A stretch of DNA of 47,598 bases from Chthoniobacteraceae bacterium (GCA_036388515.1 DASVRR010000298.1:1-47598); one strand, 5' to 3'. Counted from the stretch's first letter, positions 37,331-47,195 are shown. The notes: generated by a model from the letters alone, not told the origin. Translations and numbers: made by a program.

Positions 37331-37828
37331 TTACCGCCGAGTATCCGGAACAACGCGCGCCACTTCTTCCGCCAGCGTCAGCGGCCAGTTGGAGTCCTGG
37401 AAGAACGCCGGGTTCTTCGCCTTGCGCCGCCGATAGAGCTGCACGAACTCCGCATTGAATCCGCTCCCCACCACTCCCAGCTCGGGATAACGCGCGACCG
37501 CGGCTCGCTGCGCGGCTTCGACCGCAGCTGCGAAAGCGCGCGAGTTCGCTGGCGGAGCGGGTTCTTCGATCGGCGCAGGCTCTGGCTCCGGTGTGGAATA
37601 AACATCGATCTCGGGAGCGGGGGTCGGGATTAATCCGCCGAGTTCGTCCGGATAACTGGACGAAGTATAGAAAATCCCGACCAACAAAAACGGCGCGCCC
37701 AGCGCCAGGAATAACCACGCGAGTTGCCTGGATCTTCCGCCACCCGGCTCATCTCTGCGGCGCCAGCGGATCAATGCCGCCACCCAAAAGCCGACCCAGA
37801 TCGTGAGGAGAATACTCCGGGCGCTCAC
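37331..37828 (-). CDS. Hypothetical membrane-anchored protein
   Basis: Two TM segments, Pro-rich linker, C-terminal AV.RYPELG..GS.FN.EF...WPLTLA domain; GTG start 37828 chosen. Confidence 0.6.
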   Translation of the reverse strand: MSARSILLTIWVGFWVAALIRWRRRDEPGGGRSRQLAWLFLALGAPFLLVGIFYTSSSYPDELGGLIPTPAPEIDVYSTPEPEPAPIEEPAPPANSRAFAAAVEAAQRAAVARYPELGVVGSGFNAEFVQLYRRRKAKNPAFFQDSNWPLTLAEEVARVVPDTRR

Positions 37829-38010
37829 GAGCGGGACTGATCGCGCCTCCTGCGCGGCGCAAGGTTGGGGAAGATTGGGAAAAGCATCATGGCGGGGAAA
37901 AGTGCAGCGCAGGCTAGATTCGGCGCTCCGACTTGTCCCGGATGAAAGCGGCGCGTCCCGCGGCTGACAACGCACTGGACAGGCGACCGAGCACACCTAT
38001 TTTCCGGCCC

Positions 38011-38721
38011 ATGAAGTCGCTTGCCTTGCTCCTGGCTGCCGTTTTTTCGATCGCTGCCGCGCCCTTTGCCGCCGCGGATCCGGTCCCCGCCGGCCCGGGC
38101 GAATACGTGCTGGTCAGCGGCGGAGTTTCCCTGACCGTGTGGGAGAAGTGGAAGGCCGCGCCGCATGATGGCTGGTGGATGAACTTCATCCGTGCCGCGC
38201 GGATCCGCATCAATGAGATCCAAGCTGTGAACCCGAGCGCGCAGATCACCTGGTTTGTCTATCGCCCTTCGTACCAGACGCGGGGACAACAGGATAGCCG
38301 CGACTACCTCAGCGACATCCGCTCGGTGCAAGACGCCTACAAGATTCGGCTCATCTATTTCGACCGCACCTCGGAGCTGATCGAGTACCTGAACAACGGA
38401 CAAAATCGCAAGGCCATGCCGATCTGCGACTTCGAGTATTTCGGTCACTCCAACAAAGCGTGTTTCATGTTCGACTACTCGAACAACATCGACAGCGCTT
38501 CGAAGGTTTGGCTCCACGAAAAAGAGCTCGGCCGCATCCGCCGCGGGATCTTCACCCGCGACGCTTACGTGAAGAGCTGGGGCTGCCACACCGGTGAAAG
38601 CTTCTCGAAGAAATGGGCCTCCGTCACCGGGACGCGGATGATCGGCGCCAAAGGGAAGACGCAATACATGGACGAGGTCTTGCCGATTCTCTCCACGGCC
38701 GGCGGATACTGGGTTCGCTGA
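38011..38721 (+). CDS. Secreted hypothetical protein with caspase-like His/Cys motifs
   Basis: Signal peptide from ATG 38011; FEYFGHSN and SWGCHTG motifs. Confidence 0.65.
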   Translation: MKSLALLLAAVFSIAAAPFAAADPVPAGPGEYVLVSGGVSLTVWEKWKAAPHDGWWMNFIRAARIRINEIQAVNPSAQITWFVYRPSYQTRGQQDSRDYLSDIRSVQDAYKIRLIYFDRTSELIEYLNNGQNRKAMPICDFEYFGHSNKACFMFDYSNNIDSASKVWLHEKELGRIRRGIFTRDAYVKSWGCHTGESFSKKWASVTGTRMIGAKGKTQYMDEVLPILSTAGGYWVR

Positions 38722-38732
38722 GGCTCGGCAGA

Positions 38733-38764
38733 TCTTCGTCCTTTTCCCCATCTTCGTCTTCATC
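38733..38764. repeat. Intergenic copy of the mutS-internal repeat (left arm)
   Basis: TCTTCGTCCTTTTCCCCATCTTCGTCTTCATC vs TCTTCGTTTTCTTCCCCATCTTCATCTTCATC at 28480-28511 (4 mismatches). Confidence 0.75.
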
Positions 38765-38848
38765 GCCCCGGGCGAGAGCGGGGAGGAGCAGGATGCCCGG
38801 GAAACACTCGACAGCTTCCGCCGGAGTTTCGAGACTCGGGTTCTCCCG

Positions 38849-39817
38849 ATGAACCTCGACGCGCTCCAAGCCATTTACGATCAGCCGTTTTTCGATCTGC
38901 TGCAGCAGGCGCGGATCACGTATCTGGATCACTGGAAAGGCGGCGAAGTGCAGCTCTGCACGTTGCTCTCGATCAAGACGGGAGGCTGCTCGGAAGACTG
39001 CGGCTATTGCGCCCAAAGCGCGCGCTACACGACCAGCGTGAAGGCGGAACGGCTGATGGAAACGGACGCCGTGCTGGAGGTGGCGCAGCGCGCTCGGGAG
39101 AATGGTTCCACGCGATTTTGCATGGGCGCGGCCTGGCGCGGAGTGCGGGAAGGCGACGCGAAATTTGAGCAGGTGCTGGGGACCATTCGCGAGGTTTCAA
39201 AGCTCGGGATGGAAGTCTGCGTGACGCTCGGCCAGCTCTCGCTGAACGAAGCGCGCAAGCTGAAGGAAGCGGGCGTGACCGCTTACAATCACAACATCGA
39301 CACCTCGCCGGAATTTTATCCGGAAGTCGTCAGCACGCACACTTTCCAGGACCGCATCAATACGATCAAAGCCGTGCAGCAAGCCGGCATGGATGTTTGC
39401 TGCGGCGGAATCCTCGGCCTCGGCGAAACGGTGACGGATCGCCTGAAGATGCTGGAAGTCCTGACGAACTTCGATCCGCCGCCCGAAAGCGTCCCGATCA
39501 ACTGCCTCATGGCGATGCCCGGCACGCCGCTGGAAGCGCAGCCGCCGGTGGATGTCTTCGAGTTGGTGCGGCTGATCGCCACCACCCGCATTGCTTTGCC
39601 CGGAGCAAAAGTCCGCCTCAGCGCGGGACGCACCCGGCTCTCGCGCGAAGGCCAGGCGCTTTGTTTCTTTGCTGGAGCAAACTCCATCTTCTACGGGGAC
39701 AAACTCCTCACCGCCGAAAACCCGGGAGTGGACGACGACCGCGCGCTGCTCGACGAACTCGACCTCGTCCCCCAGCAACCCCGCGCCGCCTGTCTCGCCG
39801 GAGCGGTCGAGGCGTAG
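38849..39817 (+). CDS. bioB: Biotin synthase
   Basis: IKTGGCSEDCGYCAQS radical SAM motif, YNHNIDT, CCGGILGLGE, SVPIN, VRLSAGR, GANSIFYGDKLLT. Confidence 0.97.
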   Translation: MNLDALQAIYDQPFFDLLQQARITYLDHWKGGEVQLCTLLSIKTGGCSEDCGYCAQSARYTTSVKAERLMETDAVLEVAQRARENGSTRFCMGAAWRGVREGDAKFEQVLGTIREVSKLGMEVCVTLGQLSLNEARKLKEAGVTAYNHNIDTSPEFYPEVVSTHTFQDRINTIKAVQQAGMDVCCGGILGLGETVTDRLKMLEVLTNFDPPPESVPINCLMAMPGTPLEAQPPVDVFELVRLIATTRIALPGAKVRLSAGRTRLSREGQALCFFAGANSIFYGDKLLTAENPGVDDDRALLDELDLVPQQPRAACLAGAVEA

Positions 39818-39848
39818 AGTTCCAGGAAAGGCCAGCGTCGGCTGGATC

Positions 39849-40088
39849 TTACGTCGCCTCGAAGGCCCGGAGGAAATCACTCCGCTCAATGCCGCTCTGG
39901 GTCAGCGCGGCTCGCAATGTCGAGGCTTTGATGGTGCGATGCCCGGGAAGCGTCATTGGGGTGACCGTCCCGTCAGGTTCAGAGCGCGAGAGTGAAAGGT
40001 GGTTTCCCTGGCGAATCAGCTCGAATCCGAGTGCCTGAAGCGCCCGCACGACGCGATGGGCCGGCGCATCGACTGGAAATTTGGCCAC
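39849..40088 (-). CDS. HicA-family toxin
   Basis: VVRALQALGF..IRQGNH...TLPGH..IK.STLRAALTQSGI. Confidence 0.85.
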   Translation of the reverse strand: MAKFPVDAPAHRVVRALQALGFELIRQGNHLSLSRSEPDGTVTPMTLPGHRTIKASTLRAALTQSGIERSDFLRAFEAT

Positions 40089-40103
40089 GGAGTCCTCCCG
40101 GGA

Positions 40104-40340
40104 TCAGATTGGAACAGCAGCTTCAGCCACAAAAGCTTCCAACACAGGATCATCCTCCGCTGCCGCCAGCGCCATTGGACCGAAGGTTTCCAGGTGAAAA
40201 CCAATCGCGGAGCGGACATCGGAAAGAGCCGCCTCATAGGTATCGCCTTGGCCAAGCACCACACCGCGAGCCAATCCCAACGGATACGCCACGTAACCAT
40301 CGGAATGCCTTTCCACGACAATCTTCAGCGGTGGTCTCAT
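40104..40340 (-). CDS. Short HicB-family antitoxin
   Basis: KIVVE..DGYVAYP......GQGDTYEAAL.DVRSAI..HLE; no C-terminal DNA-binding domain. Confidence 0.85.
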   Translation of the reverse strand: MRPPLKIVVERHSDGYVAYPLGLARGVVLGQGDTYEAALSDVRSAIGFHLETFGPMALAAAEDDPVLEAFVAEAAVPI

Positions 40341-40347
40341 AGTTCTG

Positions 40348-40376
40348 ACCATGCTTCGCTCACGAACAGCGTGCAA
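40348..40376 (-). promoter_or_regulatory. Putative promoter for leaderless hicB-hicA mRNA
   Basis: TTGCAC-17 nt-CATGGT-7 nt-ATG on the minus strand. Confidence 0.4.
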
Positions 40377-40385
40377 GGCGAACGC

Positions 40386-41660
40386 TCACTTGCCGGCTTT
40401 CCTTGGCCGAACCGCAGCAGCGTCGGCGACGGTGTCGGGCGGGTGAAGGATCACGCGCTGGCCGGCAGCGAGGCCGGACCGGACTTCGGCGGAGACGCCG
40501 TTGTTGTGCCCGATCTCGACCTTCGTCAGCCGCGCTTTGCCTCCGTCGAAAACGAACGTCATCCAGTCGCCGCCCCGGCGGAAAAGCGCGCCGGTCGGCA
40601 CCTGCAGAACTGCCGCGTTCTTCCAGACGACGATCCGCGCTTCGACTCGAAAGCGGTCGCCCAGCGTCTTCCCTGCGGGGAATGGCTCCACGAAATTCAC
40701 CCGCACTTTCACCCGCTGCTCTTCCACTCCGAGCGCGGAGATTTTCGTGAAGCCACCGGGCTCCACCACCGTGACTTCGCCGCGCAGCGGAACCTCGCCG
40801 CCCCATTGTTCGATCGACACCTCGGCTCCGGGCTGAACGCCGACCGCATCGCTGGAGAGCAACTCGATCTCCGCTTCGAGATCCGTCGGGTCGCCGACTT
40901 CCATGATCGGCGCGCCGGGCGCAATAATCCGCGCGCTTTCCTCCTGAACGTGCAGCACATAGCCGGTGATCGGCGCGAGAATCGCCAGCGGCTCGGCTTT
41001 TGGATCGCCCGGATTTTCCGCCTGCATCAAGGCGGCCTCGGCTTGTGCCCGCTCGAACTCGGCCACTTGCAGCGCAAACTCGGCAGCGTGCAGCTCACGC
41101 GAGAGCACACTCACCTGGCTTTCCGCCGTGTCGAAGTCGCGGGCCGCAATTGCTCCGGAACGTTTTAGCTCGCCTGCGCGGGCGAGTTCCTTCTGCGCGA
41201 GTTCCAGGGAAGCGCGCGCGCGATCGGCTTGCGCGCTGCGCTGCATCTTCGCGGCTTCCGCGGAACGAACCCGCGCGTTTGCTTCCGCGCGAGTGCGTGG
41301 ATCGAGGAAGCTCGCGGGCTGCGGCTGAATGGTGGCGAGCACCGTTTTCCCCGCTTCAATCGGAGCCCCGGCGCGCAGCTCCACGCGATTCAGATATCCG
41401 CCGAGCGGCGGCGAAACGACGTACCGATGGCGGATCCGCGTTTTGCCTTCCTCCAAAACCGAAACCGTCATCGGTCCGGAGCTGATCGTCGCAACTTCGA
41501 CTTCGGTCGCCTTGGGCAGCAGGCCGGCAATGATCCCGACGAGGAGGAGCGCTCCAATGGCGTGCGGGATGAATTTCTTCCACGCGGAATTCTTCCGCAC
41601 GGATTTGCGCTCGGTCGCCGCCGTGCGGCGCAGGCTGGGAATGGTTGAAGTGGGTTTCAT
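40386..41660 (-). CDS. Periplasmic adaptor (HlyD/MacA-like membrane fusion protein)
   Basis: N-terminal TM, EEGKTRIR.RYVVS.P..G, coiled coil, I.API.G.VL, GFTKISALGVEEQRV. Confidence 0.9.
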   Translation of the reverse strand: MKPTSTIPSLRRTAATERKSVRKNSAWKKFIPHAIGALLLVGIIAGLLPKATEVEVATISSGPMTVSVLEEGKTRIRHRYVVSPPLGGYLNRVELRAGAPIEAGKTVLATIQPQPASFLDPRTRAEANARVRSAEAAKMQRSAQADRARASLELAQKELARAGELKRSGAIAARDFDTAESQVSVLSRELHAAEFALQVAEFERAQAEAALMQAENPGDPKAEPLAILAPITGYVLHVQEESARIIAPGAPIMEVGDPTDLEAEIELLSSDAVGVQPGAEVSIEQWGGEVPLRGEVTVVEPGGFTKISALGVEEQRVKVRVNFVEPFPAGKTLGDRFRVEARIVVWKNAAVLQVPTGALFRRGGDWMTFVFDGGKARLTKVEIGHNNGVSAEVRSGLAAGQRVILHPPDTVADAAAVRPRKAGK

Positions 41661-41667
41661 GCTCAAG

Positions 41668-44031
41668 TTAGTCGCGTGCCTTCAAAACCCCGAGCAGATC
41701 CAGATCGCGGATCCGCCGGCTCACCACCCAAAACGAAATGCTCGCGGAACTCAGCACGATGAGCACCGCTGTGGCGTAACTCCGCGCGGTCAGCACCAGC
41801 GGCAGCCGCACCGTTTCCGTGCTTGCGGTCGAGACGATGCCGGCGGCCAGCAAGCTCCCGATCACCAGCCCAACAGGCAAAGCGACGAGCGTAAGAATGG
41901 AGAGTTCACCGATCATGACCGAAGCGACTTCACGATGAGTAAAGCCGATGACCCGCAGCGTGGCGAGGTCGCGGCTGCGCTCGGATAAAGCGATGCGCGC
42001 GCTGTTATAAACCACGCCGAACGAAACGATGATCGCGAAGCCGAAATACATTCCCTGGATCGCGCCGATCATTTCGCCCGTGCTCTTCTGGAAGCTTCCG
42101 CGCACCGCGCTGGTGATCCCGAGCGCTGCGATCCGCGGCGAATCTTTGACCCGCGCGAGGAAGGCCGCCCATTGGCGCGAATCCACCGCGAGATGCGCGC
42201 CGCTCACCGTTCCACCTTCCTGCATCAGTCGGCGAAGCGCGCCGATCTCCATGTAAGCTGCAATGCCGGCGTAATCGGTGATCAAACCATGCAGCACCGC
42301 CTCGCGAGTCGGTCGGCGGCCTTCCTGCACTTCCAGCGTGATTCGGTCACCGGGTTTGGCGCCGAGAATTTCCGCGAGCTTGGCGGAAATCAGCAGTCCA
42401 TCCGGAGGAAGTTCGACCGGCTGCGCGTCGCCATCCAGGAGTCGGTTGAGCAGCGCCTCGCGCGGCAAACCGGTGACGCCGAGCCGCCGCGACTGATGGC
42501 CAAACCGCAACCTCGCCGCGACTGCACGGAACGGTTCCGCGCTCATCACCCCGGGCAAATGCCGCATGTCGCTGAGGGCGGAAGCGGAACCCGGTTCGAT
42601 CAAGCTGAGCGTCACATCCTGACGCTGCGCGAGATCCCACTGGAAGCTCATGAGGTAATGAATGCCGTCGCGCATTGCGCCGGGAACAATCGGAATGCCA
42701 GTGGCCAGCGCGAGGCCAAACGCGGTGAACGCCGCCTGCCAGGGACGACGCTCGAGATTGCGCAAAGCCATGCGGAAGGACGGGCTGGCAAATTTCTGGA
42801 GGCCGATGCGTTCAAACAGCGAAGTCTTGAATTCGGCGGGCGGCTCCGGGCGCATTGCTTCCGCGGGCGGCAGCTTCACCGCTTGCCGCACCGCGCCGAT
42901 CACTCCAGCAAAAGCCGCCGCCGCGCTGACCAGAAATGCCGCGCCGGTTGCTCCCCAATGCGGATGAAAAGTGAGCAGCGGGAATTGGAAAAAACGGTGG
43001 TAAATCGAGACCACATTGACGCCGAGCCACATGCCGGCAATCGCTCCCAGGACGGTGCCGATCACCACGATCACGAGCGCAAACTTCAGGTAATGCCAGC
43101 CGACCTGGCGCGAGGAATAACCGAACGCCTTGAGCTGCGCGATCTGCTCGCGCTGCAGCCGAATCAGCCGCGTCAACACGGCGCTGACCATGAACGCGGC
43201 GATGCTCAGGAAGACCGCGGGAAACGCGACCGACAAGCCGCGCAGCACGCCGATCTCGTCGTCCAGCCGCACCGCGGACGGATGATCTTTTCGTCCGTAA
43301 GCAATCTGGCCGCCATACGGCGCGAGCAGCCGATCCAGCTCGGCGATGACCGGCGCAGCGGCGACTCCCGGCGCGAGATCCACGAGCACATTGTTGAAGG
43401 CGCCGTCCAAATCGAGAGCCGTCGCGAGTTCCCGTTCGTTCATCCAGAAGACGCCGAAGCGCCGGTTGTCCGGCAGCGTTTCGCCGGCGCGCGCCTCGAA
43501 GACATACTCCGGAGAAAGCGCGATCCCGACGATCTTCAGCGTCTGCTGCGCGCCGTAGATCGTGGCTTGCACGGTGTTCCCCGGAAGAAATCCATGCGCC
43601 TTGGCAAAAGCTTCCCCAAGCACGACTTCATTGTGACTCCCGATCTCCGGAAGCCGGCCGCGCCGGAGGAAAAGCTGGTTGAGTTGCTGCGGACGATCTT
43701 CCGGAAGAGAAAGGATCGCGCCGTCCGCCGGTTCCGCGAGTCCGGGAAGATCGAGCTTCAACGAACCGGACACCCGCGTCTCGATTGCCGCCACGCCCGC
43801 GATTTCCGCCAGCCGATTTCGGAGCGCATTCGGCGCGCGTTCTAATCCGCTGAAAACTTCCGCAAACCGATAGCGGTCGTAGTAGGCATCGCGGGTCGAT
43901 TCCAGCGAGAGGATCAAGCTGCGCGACATGATCATCATGGCAATCCCGCACGCCATCACGAGACTCACCGCGACCATCTGCCCCTTCATCTTCCCGATGT
44001 CGCGGAGGAGTTTTAAGTCGAGCGGATGCAT
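41668..44031 (-). CDS. ABC transporter permease (double FtsX/MacB-like)
   Basis: LD.KLLRD, QREQIAQLKAFGY, ERSRDLATLRVIGF. Confidence 0.9.
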   Translation of the reverse strand: MHPLDLKLLRDIGKMKGQMVAVSLVMACGIAMMIMSRSLILSLESTRDAYYDRYRFAEVFSGLERAPNALRNRLAEIAGVAAIETRVSGSLKLDLPGLAEPADGAILSLPEDRPQQLNQLFLRRGRLPEIGSHNEVVLGEAFAKAHGFLPGNTVQATIYGAQQTLKIVGIALSPEYVFEARAGETLPDNRRFGVFWMNERELATALDLDGAFNNVLVDLAPGVAAAPVIAELDRLLAPYGGQIAYGRKDHPSAVRLDDEIGVLRGLSVAFPAVFLSIAAFMVSAVLTRLIRLQREQIAQLKAFGYSSRQVGWHYLKFALVIVVIGTVLGAIAGMWLGVNVVSIYHRFFQFPLLTFHPHWGATGAAFLVSAAAAFAGVIGAVRQAVKLPPAEAMRPEPPAEFKTSLFERIGLQKFASPSFRMALRNLERRPWQAAFTAFGLALATGIPIVPGAMRDGIHYLMSFQWDLAQRQDVTLSLIEPGSASALSDMRHLPGVMSAEPFRAVAARLRFGHQSRRLGVTGLPREALLNRLLDGDAQPVELPPDGLLISAKLAEILGAKPGDRITLEVQEGRRPTREAVLHGLITDYAGIAAYMEIGALRRLMQEGGTVSGAHLAVDSRQWAAFLARVKDSPRIAALGITSAVRGSFQKSTGEMIGAIQGMYFGFAIIVSFGVVYNSARIALSERSRDLATLRVIGFTHREVASVMIGELSILTLVALPVGLVIGSLLAAGIVSTASTETVRLPLVLTARSYATAVLIVLSSASISFWVVSRRIRDLDLLGVLKARD

Positions 44032-44038
44032 GGGATCA

Positions 44039-44138
44039 GAAGGTCGAAGGCCGAGAGTCGAAGGTCGAAAATTGGAGCCAGCCGCGCTCGCGCAGCCTCG
44101 AATATCCAGCCTTCGACCTTCGTCCCTCGGCCTTCGGC
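44039..44138. repeat. Inverted heptamer tandem arrays
   Basis: GAAGGTC-GAAGGCC-GAGAGTC-GAAGGTC ... CTTCGAC-CTTCGTC-CCTCGGC-CTTCGGC between the ATPase and permease genes. Confidence 0.8.
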
Positions 44139-44142
44139 ATCT

Positions 44143-44913
44143 TCACCAGGCGAGCGTGCGCACCGGCCGGCGAGTCGCGTTCTCGCGGATGTTGACGATG
44201 TGTCCGTCGGAGAGCTGGATGACGCGATCCGCCATGTCGGCGATTACCGCGTTGTGCGTGATCACCACGGTGAGCGTGCCGAGTTCCAGGTTCACGCGCT
44301 CGATGGCTTCCAGCACGGTGATCCCGGTTTTAATGTCGAGCGCGCCGGTCGGTTCGTCGCAGAGCAGCACTTCCGGACGCTTCGCAATGGCGCGCGCGAT
44401 CGCCACGCGCTGCTGCTGGCCGCCGGACATTTGCGAAGGAAAATGATCCAGCCGATCGGAGAGCTCCACCAGCTCCAGCGCGCCTTCCGGAGTCATCGGA
44501 TCGCGCGCGATCTCGGTGATCAGCGCGACGTTCTCCCGAGCAGTCAGGCTCGGGATGAGATTGTAGAACTGGAAGATGAAACCGACCGAATCGCGGCGGA
44601 AACGCGTCAGTTCATCCTCGTCCGCATCGGTCAGATCTTCCCCGCGATAAGTCAGCGTGCCGGAGCTCGGGACGTCGAGGCCGCCGAGGATATTCAGCAG
44701 CGTGGATTTTCCACTGCCGGATGCGCCGAGCAGCACGATCAACTCGCCCGCGTAAAGATCCAGATCCACGCCGTTCAAGGCGCGCACTTCCACTTCGCCG
44801 CTGGGATAAACCTTCTCCAGACCTCGTGCGGAGAAGAGCGGTTCACGCTGATTTCCTCCAGCCAAAGCGACGGGAGGCTCGGGCAAAGTCGGCGCATCGG
44901 CGGCGACGCTCAT
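44143..44913 (-). CDS. ABC transporter ATP-binding protein (LolD/MacB-like)
   Basis: [46 protein letters not shown]. Confidence 0.95.
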   Translation of the reverse strand: MSVAADAPTLPEPPVALAGGNQREPLFSARGLEKVYPSGEVEVRALNGVDLDLYAGELIVLLGASGSGKSTLLNILGGLDVPSSGTLTYRGEDLTDADEDELTRFRRDSVGFIFQFYNLIPSLTARENVALITEIARDPMTPEGALELVELSDRLDHFPSQMSGGQQQRVAIARAIAKRPEVLLCDEPTGALDIKTGITVLEAIERVNLELGTLTVVITHNAVIADMADRVIQLSDGHIVNIRENATRRPVRTLAW

Positions 44914-45059
44914 GGGCGGAAAATGATCCGGCGGGTCATGCGCGAAATCATACGGCGGCGGCGCGCAGCATCAATCCTGGTCGCGGAATCGTCGCGAGTT
45001 CCGGAAACGAAGCGCTCGCTTCATCCGCGCGGACGCGTTATGCAGCCGGCCTCCGGAAC

Positions 45060-45875
45060 ATGGAAACCCCCGAACCTTCTGCCACGCCGACTTTCCCCGC
45101 AGCCGCAGCAGTGACGCCGCCGCGCGGGCCGTGGGGCTTTTGGGCCACGCTCGGGTTTGGTTTGCTCGCGATGCTCGCAATGGTGGCGGCACAAGCCTTG
45201 GTCGGTGTCGTCTTCGGCATCGTCCACGCGGTGCAGAGCCATCAGCAGCAGCGTGGCGCCGTGGATGGGGAAGAAATCGCCCGCCAGCTGGCTGCGGATC
45301 CGGTGATGCTTTCGTTTGCGCTGTTTACGTCGGTGCCGGTGGTGCTGCTGACGCTCCTCGGGTTTGTCGCGTTGCGGCGCGGCCCGCGGATTCGCGATTA
45401 CCTCGGACTGCGCGGCTTTAGGTTTCGACAATTCCTCCTCTGGCTGATCGTTCTCGTCGCCGCGGTTTTCGCCGGCGACTGGTTCCTGCGCGGTCAGAAT
45501 GACGTCAGTGCCGCGAAGTTCATGACGGATCTGATTTCCTCCGGAAGATTTTTGCCGCTGTTGTTTGTCGCCGTGGTCTTCGGCGCGCCGGTCGTTGAAG
45601 AGTTCATCTTCCGCGGGTTTATGTATCGCGGAATGCTCCAGCCGGGTCGTCCGCCGATCGCCGCCATCCTGGTGCCAAATTGCCTCTGGGTTCTGCTGCA
45701 TCTGCAATACTCCTGGCCGACGCTCACGGCGCTCTTCGCGGTCGGCGCGGTGTTGGGTTTGGCGCGGCATTTCTCCGGCTCCACCTGGCTCGCCGTGTTC
45801 TTGCACCTGATCAATAATGCCGCCGCGTTCTGGACCGCCTCCAGCCTCGGCAGCGAAGCAGCTCCTCCTGTCTAG
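45060..45875 (+). CDS. CPBP/CAAX-type intramembrane metalloprotease
   Basis: APVVEEFIFRG, LWVLLH, H.INN motifs; start ATG 45060. Confidence 0.88.
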   Translation: METPEPSATPTFPAAAAVTPPRGPWGFWATLGFGLLAMLAMVAAQALVGVVFGIVHAVQSHQQQRGAVDGEEIARQLAADPVMLSFALFTSVPVVLLTLLGFVALRRGPRIRDYLGLRGFRFRQFLLWLIVLVAAVFAGDWFLRGQNDVSAAKFMTDLISSGRFLPLLFVAVVFGAPVVEEFIFRGFMYRGMLQPGRPPIAAILVPNCLWVLLHLQYSWPTLTALFAVGAVLGLARHFSGSTWLAVFLHLINNAAAFWTASSLGSEAAPPV

Positions 45876-45929
45876 CCATCGGCGGGAAGTTCGGCTTCAC
45901 CTGCGGCGCGAGACTTCTACAGTGCGCGG

Positions 45930-46397
45930 ATGATCCCTCGCTTCCTTTTGTGCCTGAAGTCGCGCCTGCTTCCGCTCTGGATCAGCGCCAGCGCTGCCTT
46001 GGGACTCACTTCGTGCGCTTTGCTGGAGCCGGGTTTGCCGGCGGCGGCCGTCACCGTGAAGTCGAACTCGCGCTTCGAGGTGCAGGCCTCGATCGAGCGC
46101 GTCTTTAATGAGAAACATTGGCGGGTCGCGCAGCGGGACCTGAATTCCATCACGCTCCAGCGCACCGGCGGAACCGCGGATCAAGTGATGCATGGCAACT
46201 GGATCGATGGGGAAATCGCCGAGCGCGTGAAGGTGACCATCACGGAGAAGGGCGGCGGACGCTATCGGTTGCGCTGTCTTCCCTCCATTGTCCGTGATCC
46301 GAGCGACGTGGCGTTTGAGGATGAACATCGCCGCATGCAGGTTTTCTCCTTCCACCTCTCCGGCTTGCTGAGGGAAGTAAAACGCGATCTAAACTAA
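45930..46397 (+). CDS. Hypothetical lipoprotein
   Basis: Lipobox-like LTSC; fills the gap between flanking plus-strand genes. Confidence 0.65.
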   Translation: MIPRFLLCLKSRLLPLWISASAALGLTSCALLEPGLPAAAVTVKSNSRFEVQASIERVFNEKHWRVAQRDLNSITLQRTGGTADQVMHGNWIDGEIAERVKVTITEKGGGRYRLRCLPSIVRDPSDVAFEDEHRRMQVFSFHLSGLLREVKRDLN

Positions 46398-46487
46398 CAG
46401 CATGTCTAGTTAGATAAGCGTCCGGAAGAGCGAAGGCGGCGACTTGTCTCCCAGATCTGTCTTTTCTTCCCCAGCCTTCGCGGTCGC

Positions 46488-47195
46488 ATGTCCCCGATCC
46501 AACTCTCCGCGGTCCTCGTCACCTTCCTCGCGCCCCTGCTGCTCTGGATCGTGAGCCGATCCTGGCGCGCTCCCCGGTTTGACTTTCTCGCGCGGCGTTT
46601 GCTTGCCGTCATGCTCCTTGTGCTTTGGGTCGGGTTGTTGGTCACAAAGTTTGCCGCCGGCGAGGCCACTTGGGACCAGGCGCTCCCGATGCAGCTTTGC
46701 GATTGGGTGCTGCTCGCGGTGGCGGCCGCTTTGTGGTGGCGCTCGCAAGCCGCGTTCGAGCTCGGCTATTTCTGGGGCCTGGCCGGCACCGTGCAGGCAC
46801 TCTTCACCCCAGCGATCGAAGCCGATCTCGCGTGGTGGCGTCAATGCGGCTTCTTTTACGCGCATGCGCTGATCGTGGTCGGCGTGCTGCACCTGCTGCT
46901 CACCGAACGGCTCCGCCCGTGGCCGCGCTCGCTGGTGCGGGTGCTCATCTGGTCCGAGGCTTTTCTCCTCCTCGCACTCCTTACAAATTGGTTCACCGGC
47001 GGAAACTACGCCTTCCTCGCTCGCAAACCTCCGCAAGCCTCGATGCTCGATCTCTTCTCCGACACGCCGTGGCTCTACGTGCTCCAGATCAATTTCACCG
47101 GACTCACTTTTTTCGCCGCACTTTATCTGCCGTGGCTGGCGCTTGATCGCTGGCGGGCGCGGCATCCAGGCTCCGTGCCCATTCGTCACGCTTAA
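46488..47195 (+). CDS. YwaF / TIGR02206-family membrane protein
   Basis: LPMQLCD, YFWGLAGTVQALFTP, FFYAH, NYAFL..KP...S.LD..PW.Y. Confidence 0.85.
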   Translation: MSPIQLSAVLVTFLAPLLLWIVSRSWRAPRFDFLARRLLAVMLLVLWVGLLVTKFAAGEATWDQALPMQLCDWVLLAVAAALWWRSQAAFELGYFWGLAGTVQALFTPAIEADLAWWRQCGFFYAHALIVVGVLHLLLTERLRPWPRSLVRVLIWSEAFLLLALLTNWFTGGNYAFLARKPPQASMLDLFSDTPWLYVLQINFTGLTFFAALYLPWLALDRWRARHPGSVPIRHA

